Below, one piece after another: positions 13,710-24,535 of a stretch of DNA of 64,000 bases; position 1 is the first letter of the stretch; every line of letters starts with the position of its first letter. The DNA lies in assembly GCF_030684315.1 (NCBI RefSeq), contig NC_081379.1, positions 16,584,637-16,648,636 of the forward strand. Reading direction: 5' to 3'. Source of the DNA: Stegostoma tigrinum (taxonomy: Eukaryota). The notes under the pieces were generated by a model, which was not told the origin of the DNA, searched no databases, and was given only the letters and a program-made list of their open reading frames with translations. Both the position numbers and the translations under genes were made by a program.

Positions 13710-14345
13710 GCCACTTTGCAGAACACCTATGCTCGGTTCGCAATAAACAACTGCACCTCCCAGTCACGAACCATTTTAACTCCCCCTCCCTTTCCTTAGA
13801 AGACATGTCCATCCTGGGCTTCCTGCAGTGCCATAATGATGCCACCTGAAGGTTGCAGGAACAGGAACTCGTATTCTGCTTGGGAATGCTGCAGCCCAAT
13901 GGTATCAATGTGGATTTCACAAGCTTCAAAATCTCCCCTCCCGCCACTGCATGCCAAAACCAGCCCAGCTCATCCCCACCTCCCTAACTTGTTCTTCCTC
14001 TCACCTATCCGCTCCTCCCACCTCAAGCCACCCTCCATTTCCTACCTCTTAACCTCATCCTGCCCCCTTGACCTGTCCGTCCTCCCCGGACTGATCTCTC
14101 CCCTCTCTACCTCCCCACCCTACTCTCCTCTCCACCTATCTTCTCCTCTATCCATCTTTGATCCGCCTTCCCCTCTCTCCCTATTTATTTCAGAACCTTC
14201 TCCCCATTCCCCTTTTCTAATGAAGGGTCTAGGCCCGAAACATCAACTTTTGTGCTCTTAAGATGCTGCTTGGCCTGCTGTGTTCATCCAGCTCCACACT
14301 TTGTTGTCTCAGATTCTCCAGCATCTGCACTTCCCATTATTTCTG
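13710..14345 (+). mobile_element. Penelope-like element 3' fragment (GIY-YIG end plus terminal repeat)
   Basis: FAEHLCSVRNKQLHLPVTNHFNS...QPNGINVDF, highly similar to 26340-26965. Confidence 0.85.
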
Positions 14346-14625
14346 ATGGACAAAATAATAGGATCTGTTAATGAAGTTTATCAAAAGTCTTGGAAGGCAC
14401 TGAATATACCAATCCGTAAGGAAGTCATGTAGTGATGTTAGCAGCATCGCACACTCTGAGCTCATAGTATTTAATAATATATAAAATACTTAATATTATC
14501 CAGCATGTGATAGGCTTAGAAAATGCATTCATGACCATGACCACTGTTACTGCTTACAACTACTGTAGTATGCTCAACAACGATCTCCTGTCAATCCAAT
14601 TTACCAAACTTCTTGTTAATGACAG

Positions 14626-14767
14626 GATATAAAATTCTGCTACTTCAGGTATAATCAAAAGCAACCATTCTACGAAGTGAACTGCATGGATATGAAGTAC
14701 AATATTAAACTGAGTTTGACAGAACGAAACAAAATCAGTGTTTTATGGGAAATCCTGGTAAAACCAG
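14626..14767 (+). CDS. FIIND-CARD protein, last UPA exon
   Basis: gacag| ... CCAG|gtaagt, 142 nt, phase 0/1. Encodes DIKFCYFRYNQKQPFYEVNCMDMKYNIKLSLTERNKISVLWEILVKP, resembling NLRP1 [20 protein letters not shown]...IRLQVKD...LVWEALVKP. Confidence 0.88.
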
Positions 14768-14832
14768 GTAAGTCTTGCTCATCTTAGTGTGATGGTGAAG
14801 TTGAACATAAACAAACTGCTTATTTTTGCTCG

Positions 14833-15059
14833 TAAACATTTAACAAGAAGTTAAAGCACCATGCCAACTCAGTTCTATAGGTAAAACATAAGATATTCTG
14901 GAGTTGGATACTGTCTGTGAAAGTGTTAGATACCAGTGGGTTTTCATAAACATTTAACAAGAAGTTAAAGCACCATGCCAACTCAGTTCTATAGGTAAAA
15001 CATAAGATATCCTGGAGTTGGATGCTGTCTGTGAAAATGTTAGATACCAGTGGGTTTTC
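14833..15059. repeat. Tandem duplication, 114-bp unit x2
   Basis: taaacatttaacaagaagttaaagcaccatgcc... starts at 14833 and again at 14947, near-identical. Confidence 0.9.
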
Positions 15060-18000
15060 CACATTCATGTTATGTAAGAGATATATTCCTGAATAGACAG
15101 AAAAGCAGTCACTGTTAAAAGTAAACATCAAGGCTTTCAGCAAACTAGCAAAAATTAAGTGTTTATTGTTAAGATAATTCAAAGCTCCATGGTCGAAGAT
15201 GAGCAGAATTAGTTTCTACATGCATGTCACTAAAAAGAATGTTATCCAGCTGGCCAAACTCAGCAACTTTTTAATGAAATTATTTTTATGTCTTGACAAA
15301 GAAGAGATATTTCTATTGTAGAGGAGACAAGAACTAAATGTAAAATAATTATAATAATGTGATTAGGGAATTCAGAAGAAACTTCTTAACTGAGCGAGTT
15401 ATTAGAGTGAGGAACTCACTACCATGAGTAGCAGTCGAAGTGACCAGCATAGATGCATTTAAGGGGAAGCCAGTTAAATACATAATGGACAAAATAATAG
15501 GATCTGTTAATGAAGTTCATTGAAAATCTTGAAAGGTATTGAATCTACTAATCCATTGGGAGGTCTTTTGTGGTGCTGTGAGCAATATCCCAGCCTCTGA
15601 ATTTATGTTATAATCTTTAATAAAATACACAATATTTAGTATTATCCGGGATGTGATAGGCTTGGAAGGTGCATTTATGACCTAGACAACAGGTTGGTTA
15701 TTAACCTACAGGTTCTTCCAATACACCTACAGCCGTTGGTAAGAGCAGGACAGTGTCCTCATCAGCCAGAACTGCTTGATAGCCGCACTGCATTAGAAGA
15801 CTCCAGATGCAGGCTCTGTAATCTATGCCAAGTATCCTCCTTGTTTTGAGGTCGTACTAGATGAACAAACATATCTATACTCCATTATGAGGAGTGAGTG
15901 GGGATAATATTTTTTTAAAATGCTGATGTTCATCACGAGGAGTCACTAAAAACTGAAAAGTACCACAAAGACTAAAACTAGATTGGAAAGAGAACACCAG
16001 TTTTTAGAAAGGGATCACTGTGATTCAGTCAACTATGGCCCTGCAACAATAATTGCTAAACAGAATTGATCACGAGAAATAATCCTGAGGACTACATGAA
16101 TAGTAATGATTTGGCACCACTGTTTCAAAAGGAGATATTGCAGTAAAAGCGACTCTTTGACATTCCAAGAAAATAATACCCTCAGAGGAAACGTGGAACA
16201 CAGTTTGATGGACAACACTTCCAACATTTGTCAATAAAATTCCACACAAAATACTATTGCTGAAATTTTATGCAGTGGGGATCAAATCTACATGTTTAGA
16301 ATTGCAGTCTTATTGATGGATTAGATTTGTGGGTCTAAGTTCTTTACCTGATCAACAAAGAGATTATGAAAGTCACAAACAGTCCAATTTAAGCTCAGGC
16401 AGAGACCACAAGAAGGATGAATGAAGTTGAAAGAGATTTGAAAGATCATGCAAAAACTTGATGTTCTCCAATAAGATTACCACGAAAAATGTGCTCCATT
16501 TTTGTCACTAATATTGAAAAAACATTTTGTAATGGACACAATTCTGAGAAAACCCATTTGGCCAAACTATGAAGCTGAAGAATTGAGTCACAGGAGTATC
16601 TACATAGATCAGATTCCATAAAGCTCAAAAGGAGCTGTTGAGTGAAGATCTTGTTAAAGGTTCCAGATATTTAATAATTAAGATAAGGTACTTGTAGAGC
16701 AGAAAATACAAGCTCGGCTGAGACAATAGAATACAAGTCTTACCTAAGATTGGTGAGATCATAGATTAAGAGATTTCATATAACTAGTGGTCAGTAGTTT
16801 TCTAAGCACAATGGTGGAGTTGAAAACCTCAGATTTACCCCAAGGAGGAGCATTGGCTTAACATTTTTAATGAGGGGAGGCGATGGCCTACTGGTATTAA
16901 TGCTGGATTGCTAACCCAGAGACCCAGATAATGTTCTGGGGAACCTGGTTAAAATCCTGCCAATTCTGCTCTACAAGTACCTTATACAAGTGGATATGTG
17001 TGCTTTTTGTTCTAATATTTCTAATACATGGGCTAAAACATGCAAATAGCTCTTTCACCTGTATTTTAAGATTTTGCAAATGATTCAGGAAAAAGAACTA
17101 CAAGAAAATCTCAGAATGTTGCTTCCTATATTTAAAGAGGCAGAAGAAACAAGAGGCAAAATTTAAGCCATCTGGAGAAACTGGGACCAGAAGTGGGCAA
17201 ACCTGCATGCAAACTTGCCAGATAACAAAGTGTGGAGCTGGATGAACACAGCAGGCCAAGCAGCATCTTAGGACCACAAAAGCTTACGTTTCGGGCCTAG
17301 ACCCTTCATGCTGGTTTGCCAGAATGTTCCTGTCTCTAGGCTTTTTAGAACATACCATTTTGGGATGAAACAGTTAAGCGTCCACAAATGATGGGTGGCC
17401 AGTTAGCCCAATAAAATATCCAGAAAATCCCCACTTCCATCTTTAATGGAATTTTCTACACAGAAGATGGGCTCCTCACAGTGTCTAGAATAGGACTACT
17501 CAAAGGTGGTGGCCTTCCTGCAGCTGACCGGAGTTGGGGGCTGGGGTGCTAGAATTCCTTTATTCTTTTATTCATCAACGGGATGAGAGCACCACTGGCT
17601 AGGCAGCATTTATTGCCCATCCCGAATTGCCCAGAGGGGACTTCAGAATCAACCACTTTGCTGTGGGTCTGGAGTCACATGCAGGCCAGACCAAGTAAAG
17701 GTAGCAGTTTCCTTCCCTAAAGGACATTAATGAACCAGGTGGGTTTTTCTGACAATTGACAATGGATTCATGGTCATCATTAGATTCTAAATTCCAGATA
17801 TTTTATTGAATTCAAATTCCACCATCTGCCATGGCAGGATTTTAACCAGGTTCCCCAGAACATTATCTAGGTCTCTGGATTAGCAATCCAGCATTAATAC
17901 CAGTAGGCCATCGCCTTCCCTCGTTAATAATGTTCAGCCAATGCTCCTCCAACTAGCCTTGTCATAACCAATAAATTACTGCAATAAATTGCTCCCTCCA

Positions 18001-18526
18001 TATTTGCATTCTCACAGCTGTAGCCAGTGCCCAGATTTTACTGAGTAAATTTTATGAACTTTGAGATGGTTTTCCATCTTGTGGCACCTGCCTTTTCTCT
18101 CACTTAACTCACAGCCAGTCTCTGAGGACTGAAGGCCATCCTATTGGTCCTTCAACCTCAGGAAATTAACCATCATCTTTAATTGGATGGTCGTGTATTC
18201 CCTGCCATCGTTGGTCAAACTTTCAAAAATCTCTTTGCATTTTTATTTCAATGCCATTTGGGTTCGGTCCTGACCCTAAGCCAAACATCCAGTCCCTCTA
18301 AACAACCTGGGCAGAATCAGGCCTTACTTCCTGCTCCTGTATACTTGGGCAATGCCAATCATATTCAAATTATCTACCAATACTTATGAAAAAAGACCAT
18401 AAAAAAGACAAAATAAAGTTTTAATGTTTTCATTGATTGTGTGTTTTTAAAAGTACATTTTGGATTTTTTATGTAAAAGATTTATGTACGTCAAATTTTC
18501 TTAGATGATTGTACTTTTATTTGCAG

Positions 18527-18984
18527 ACATGTTTAAAAAGCTAAAGAAAGGTGTGGACTTTGTTCAAAGACACAAAAAGGAAATTATTTGTTGTCTTAAA
18601 ATGACTCAACCAATCTGGTCACATTTGCGAATCAAAAAGGTCATTAGCATAGATGAAGAACGTGAAGTTGCCTCTCACATTACAGAGGCACAACAAAACA
18701 GAGCCCTTGTTCAACTAATAATGAATCGGGGAGAAGATGCAGAGGAGGAATTGTACAATGCGCTGCTAGAAAATGACCCTTACTTTGTGAATGATGTGGA
18801 ATGTAATTATTCAGATAAATTATGCACCAACTGTATAAAACGATGGAGTTTAACTTCTTTACAGGAAGATAGCTTATCTGTACAGGAAACAAATAGCAGG
18901 GTTGTAAGAAAGTTGCTTACTCGTTTGTGTTTTGTAGCTAGTGGTATGATTGCAGGCTATCTGCTTGGCTACAATTTTTCATAG
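18527..18984 (+). CDS. FIIND-CARD protein, terminal exon: CARD (about 18550-18798), linker and C-terminal hydrophobic helix (about 18913-18981)
   Basis: Acceptor ttttatttgcag|AC completes a phase-1 GAC codon. GVDFVQRHKKEII...VISIDEEREV...QQNRALVQLIMNRGEDAEEELYNALLENDPYFVNDV is a CARD8/caspase-1-type CARD. Ends RKLLTRLCFVASGMIAGYLLGYNFS-TAG. The four exons join in frame (983 nt). Confidence 0.9.
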
Positions 18985-19053
18985 AAGCTGTTCTTTGCAG
19001 AATTACTCTATTGTATGTGCTGAAGCTCACTGAAGATCAACTTTTCCATACTA

Positions 19054-19059
19054 AATAAA
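19054..19059 (+). terminator. Candidate polyadenylation signal of the FIIND-CARD gene (alternatives at 19345 and 19401)
   Basis: AATAAA 70 nt after the stop codon, followed by a T-rich tract. Confidence 0.45.
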
Positions 19060-20414
19060 AATATTGTTCTTTATTATTTTATCTGAACAGATTCCCCAAG
19101 TTTCCCCTCCCCACATGTAATGAAATATAACATTTTTTAAAGCTGCTCTGTCAACAGTGGTCATTATTTATGCTTAACATGCAGAAATATTGGAAAATCA
19201 TTTGCCTTTCATTGCATTGTAATTTTTATTTCACTCAGTCCCTGACCTGTTATAAATACTCAATTTAATTTTTATTGTTTATTAACTCAACCACAGTGAC
19301 ATCACTTTCATGACACTAAGCATTCATAATATTTTACCAAGTACAATAAATGTGCAACAAAAATTAAAATCTCATTCCATTTTGAGTTACTTGTAATGTA
19401 AATAAAATTATCTCCCTTATTTAAAACCAGTGTCAAGCTGCATTGTTAATTCTTTGAAAACAGAACAACATAATGACAGAGCAGGAAAGTGGGAAAAAGA
19501 TTGAGCTGATGGAGATGGGTTTTTTTTAACTATATCCTGCCCCAATATTTGTTTTTTTCTATTTAAAAAAAGTCAAATCAAATATTTAAAACAGTAAATA
19601 TACAAAATTGCAAGGTTAGATTCCCTCTTAAATTGGAGGAACACCTAGATCCCAAGTGCATCAGAGAGGGAAAGGGTACAGACACAATAGCTGCATTTGT
19701 AAATTTCTCCTTTCAGTTACTTGGAATTTCCAGAATTTCCTCAGGGAGGGAAGGAATAGGTTAAAATGTTTCCATCTACAGCAGGCACAAGCATTCAATT
19801 TGCAATTAAAATGGATGGAATTACATAACAGTGTCAAAGTAAGCCTCTTGTTTCCAACCCACTGTCAAATCTGATGAGCTAGGAGCAGCAGTCAGCAAGC
19901 TGAGCCCCAAGTGAAGTCTAGCCAATACAAGACTACAGCTGCAGTTTAGCTGACATTCTATTCACAAGACTTAATTTAGTTACCTGCAAATGTGAGCAAA
20001 TTCAAGTCAAATTAAAGTTACTATTTGTATGATGTGTCTGATTTGAAACTAGACAATATTGGAAGAGAATAATTGTGTTATGGATGGCAGTATAATAATA
20101 TTGCACTTACGCTTTCTAACAGAATCACTGGAAGCCCTCTGGTATAGTTTATGGTAATTAACTCAAAGAGTACAATTCTTTTGAGGACAAATATGTTAAG
20201 CCATTCAGCATGCAATATGTATTTTCAACAATACGTTGTACATTCATTTTCTTTAACATCTATTCTGCAAATCTTCAGAGACCATTGTTTATTCATGCTA
20301 CAATACCAGATTGTGGTTGGGATGGTTTGCTGCCACCATCTTCTTTCCATGACTGGGTTTACACATGATAAAGAAAATGTGCAAATGAGTCTTAATGAGC
20401 TAGTAGGACTTGCC

Positions 20415-21943
20415 AAAGCTGGAGAATCTGAGATAACGCAGTGTAGAGCTGGATGAACACAGCAGGCCAAGCAGCATTAGAGGAGCAGGAAAGCTGGCAT
20501 TTCGGGTTGAGACCCTTCTTCAGAAATGGAGGAGGGGAAGGGGATTCTGAAATAAATAGGGAGATGGGGAGGTGGATAGAAGATGGATAAAGGAGAAGTT
20601 AGGGTGAGAACAGGCAGACAGGTCAAAGCGGCAGGGTTGGAGCAGTAAAGATGAATGTAGGTGGGGAGTTAGGGAGGGGATAGGTCGGTCCAGGGAGGAT
20701 GGACAGGTTAAGGAGGCAGGATGAGGTTAGTGGGTAGGAGATGGGGGTGTGGCTTGAGGTGGGAGGAATGGCTAGGGAGGCAGGGACGAGCTTGGGTAGT
20801 TTTGGGATGCAGTTGGGGTAGGGAAGATTTTGAAGCTTGTGAAGTCCACATCGATATCCTTGGGCTGCAGGGTTCCAAAGCAAAATATGAGATGCTGTTC
20901 CTGCAGCTTTCTGGTGGCATCATTGTGACAATGCAGAACGCCCAGGATGGACATGTCATCCAAGGAGTGGGGGGGGGGTGGAGTTGAAATTGTTCAGGAC
21001 TGGGAAGTGTAGTTGTTTGTTGCGAACTGGCTATAGGTGTTCCACAAAGCGGTCCCCAAGCCTCCGCTTGGTTTCCCCAATTAGAGGAGGCCACAATGGG
21101 TACAGCGGATACAGTATGCCACATTAGCAGATGTGCAGGTGAATATCTGTTTCATGTGGAAGGTCTTCTTAGGGCATGAGATGGGGGTGAGGTGTAGGTG
21201 CAGGTGTAGTGGACAAGGGAGTCACAGAGGGAGTGGTCCCTCTGGAAAGCAGATAAGGGTGGGGAGCGAAAAAATGTCTTTGGAAGTGGGGTCAGATTGC
21301 GAATGGCGGAAGTGTCAGAGGACGATACGTTGGATTCAGAGGTTGGTGGAGTGGTATGTGAGAACAAAGGGGATTCTGTTTTCGTTGTTATTGTGGGTAG
21401 GGGGTGTGAGGGATGTGTTGCAGGAAATGCAAGAGACATGGTCGAGGGCATTTTCAACCACTGTGGAGGGGAAGTTGCAGTCTTTGAAAAACAAGGACAT
21501 CTGAGATGCCTGGAAGTGGAATGCCTCATCTCGGAAGCGGATGCAGTGGAAGCAAAGGAAATGGGAATAGGGGATGGCCTTTTTGCAGGCAGGTGGGTGA
21601 GAGGAGGTGTATTCTATATAGCTGCGGGAGTCAGTAGGTTTGAAATGGATATCGGTTTCCAGATGGATGCCAGAGATGGAGACAGAGAGGACCAGGGAGG
21701 AAAGAGAGGTATCAGAGATGGTCCAGGTGGACTTAAGGCTGGGATGGAAGGTGTTAGTGAAGTGGATGAACTGTTTGTGCTCCTCATGGGAGCACAAAGT
21801 GGTGTTGATACAACCATCGATATAATGGAGGAAGAGGTGGGGATGAGGGCCAGTGTAGCTTTGGAAGAGGGATGTTCCACATATCCTACAAAGACGCAGG
21901 CATAGCTTGGGCCCATGTGGGTACCCATGGCCACTCCCTTCAT
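20415..21943 (-). mobile_element. Penelope-like retroelement (family A), 5'-truncated: RT C-terminus, GIY-YIG endonuclease and terminal repeat
   Basis: GVAMGTHMGPSYACVFVGYVE, TDIHFKPTDSRSYIEYTSSHPPACKKAIPYS and the GIY-YIG region; frameshifted. Confidence 0.88.
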
Positions 21944-22719
21944 GTCTTAATGAGCAAAGGCTTTTGTCTTAAACAAGACATAGTCTATTGCATGATAACA
22001 GTTAGGTACAAGTTAGATGTTTGAGCAGATTTTCCAAGGAGTGGCAGTGCAATCTCATCAGATGCCATTCTGATTTTTTTGTTGAAAGACAAGGACTCCA
22101 TATTTCTCAGCTGAGATTCCGCTCAGGACTTTGTCAGAAACTGGATACAGGAGATTCTGGCGAGTTGAATGCAAAATTAGTTCAGTGACAGAAAACAAGT
22201 ACAGACATGTTTGTAAATTAAAAGTGGTTTCCAATGGTGTTCTACAAGGTTTAGTCTTGGGTCTCGTGCTGTTTGTGGTATATACTAATGATTTAGACTT
22301 AAATCCAAAAGTCATGATTGGGTAATTTGCAGACAACACAAAAATTGGCCACATAGATGATAGTGAAAAAGATGGCAGTTGCACTTAATCATGAAGTGAG
22401 ACTCTTCAGAGCATTGACAAAAATTGACAGGTAAAGGCTGTATCTGCTGATGGAGCATGTGTGTTTTGCCCCACTTAATTTCATGCATGAACATTCAAAC
22501 TAGATTTGTCTTGAAAGTGGATGTGTGATGAACAGAATCCTCCTGGCCTTACCTTCCTTCTGGGCATTGTCCTTCTAGCATCTTCACTTCCTCCATCCCA
22601 CACCCTTACTTCCCCCCATCCCACATACTCACCCCATCTCCTCACACCCCCTCTCCCTCCATGTCCCTAGTCCTCTGCTGTGTTCTTTATTTCCCCTCTC
22701 AATCTGTAGATTGGATAGA

Positions 22720-23420
22720 CTCTTTTAATGTTCTTGCAAAGATTTATAGCTTGGGTTATGGGTGAGGTTGTTGACTTCCACTGAGCTATCTGATTATAGT
22801 TCAGACATTTCATCAACATGTTGGGTAGCACGATCAGTGCAGCCTCTGCTTAAATGGTTGTTCTACACTGTTTAGTATTTATATAATCTGGTGTTTTATG
22901 TCATTTCTGGTTCTTTTTTGCATGAGTTTGTGGGGTCTAATTCCACGTGTTTATTGATTGCATTATGGGTGGAGAACCAAGTCTCCAGGAATTCCTGTGC
23001 ATGTCTGTGGCTGACTTGAGCTCGGATGGTTACGTCGTCCAGTTAAATTGATGGCCTTTGTTGTCCAAGTGTACTAAAATGAGGGCAAGTTGTTGTGTTG
23101 TTTTGCTGCTAGCTTGTGTTCATGTATCCTGCTGGCTAGTTTCCTTCCTGTCTGTCCAATGTAATGTTTTTGGCAATCTTTGCATGGTATCGTGTACACC
23201 AAGCTGGTCTTGCATTTCGTAGGTATGGGGTCTTTGGTCCTTGTGAGTGTTGTAGTGTGGGTGTGGTTTTGTGGACTATCCTGATTCCTAGTAGTCATAG
23301 GAATCTCATTGTCAGTGCCAATGTGTTTTTGACATATGGTCGTCTGGCCAGTGTATTAGGGCTTATTGTGTCCTCCTGGTGTTTACGATTTAGCAGGCAT
23401 CTGGTGGATGAAGTTGGTGG
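22720..23420 (-). mobile_element. Penelope-like element (family B) 3' fragment
   Basis: SLVYTIPCKDCQKHYIGQTGRKLASRIHEH, a GIY-YIG endonuclease. Confidence 0.85.
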
Positions 23421-23844
23421 ATTTCTCTGAGCTTCTTCTTGCATCCTGCTTCCACTACAATCTGAATAACACTCAAAATCCAGTCTTCTTTGAACTGTAA
23501 TAAATATAATAAAAACTCATCAGTGAGTTTAACAACAATTCTGTCTATTTTGAATTCTGATTTCAAAGCTCCAGTCACAATTCCCCGCTAATCTGTAGAG
23601 ATCATTCATGAACTTATCCATGGATTCCTGTAGATACTGAACTTTTCAGGTAAATTTTGCTTTTCAAGAATTTTATTTGTTCCCATATAATCATCAAAAG
23701 CTTAAACATCATCAAAGGTATCTTTGCATTTTTTTTAATACACGATCTACCTACAATATCATCTTTACATCTTATTGAATTCAAAACTATCTATTTATTT
23801 AGCTTGTGATTTTGTGCCTAGCTTGGAAGCAATTCTGTTTCTTA

Positions 23845-24535
23845 AGAATTTAGATAAATGTGAGATGTTGCATTTCAGTAAGTCAAACCAGGGCTGGACT
23901 TATACTGTTCGTGGTAGGGCCCTGGAAAGTGTTACCGAACAAGGAGACCACGGGTTGCAGGTGCATAATTCCCTGAAAGTGGAGTAGCAGGTAGCCAGGG
24001 TGGTGAAGGTGGCATTTGGCCTGTATGCCTTCACTGGTCAGTGCATTGAGTATATGAGTTAGGATGTCATGTTGTGGCCATACAGGACATTGGTGAGACC
24101 ACTTAAAATACTGGTTTCAGTTCTGGTCTCCCTGCTATAAGAAAAATGTTACATTTGAAAGGGTTCGGAAAAGGTTTACAAGAATGTTACCGAGTTGGAG
24201 GATTTGAACTATAGGAAGAGGCTGGTTTTTTTTCGGCCTGCAGTGTCAGAGACTGAGGGGTGACCTTATAGGAGTTTATAAAATGAACAATCAGTACAGT
24301 GAATAGCCAAGGTATTTTTCATAGGGTAGGGGAATCCAAAGCTATGATGCAAAGATTTAAGGTGAGAGGGGAAAGATTTAAAAGGGACCTAAGGGGGCAA
24401 TGTTTTCAAGCAGAGGTGGTACATGTATGGAATGATCTGCGAGAGGAAGTGATAGTAGCTAACACAATTACTACTTTTTAAAAAACATCTGGTTGGGTTC
24501 TTTAATTGGAAAGGATTAGAGGCATATGGGCCAGC
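23845..24535 (+). mobile_element. CR1 LINE 3' fragment
   Basis: DKCEMLHF, FKVRGERFKRDLRG, VWNDLREEV. Confidence 0.8.

Noticed and set aside
14820-15182. 120-aa minus ORF with an internal 38-aa repeat
   Set aside because: Explained by the intronic 114-bp tandem duplication.
21297-21905. 202-aa plus-strand ORF
   Set aside because: Antisense frame of the Penelope RT region.
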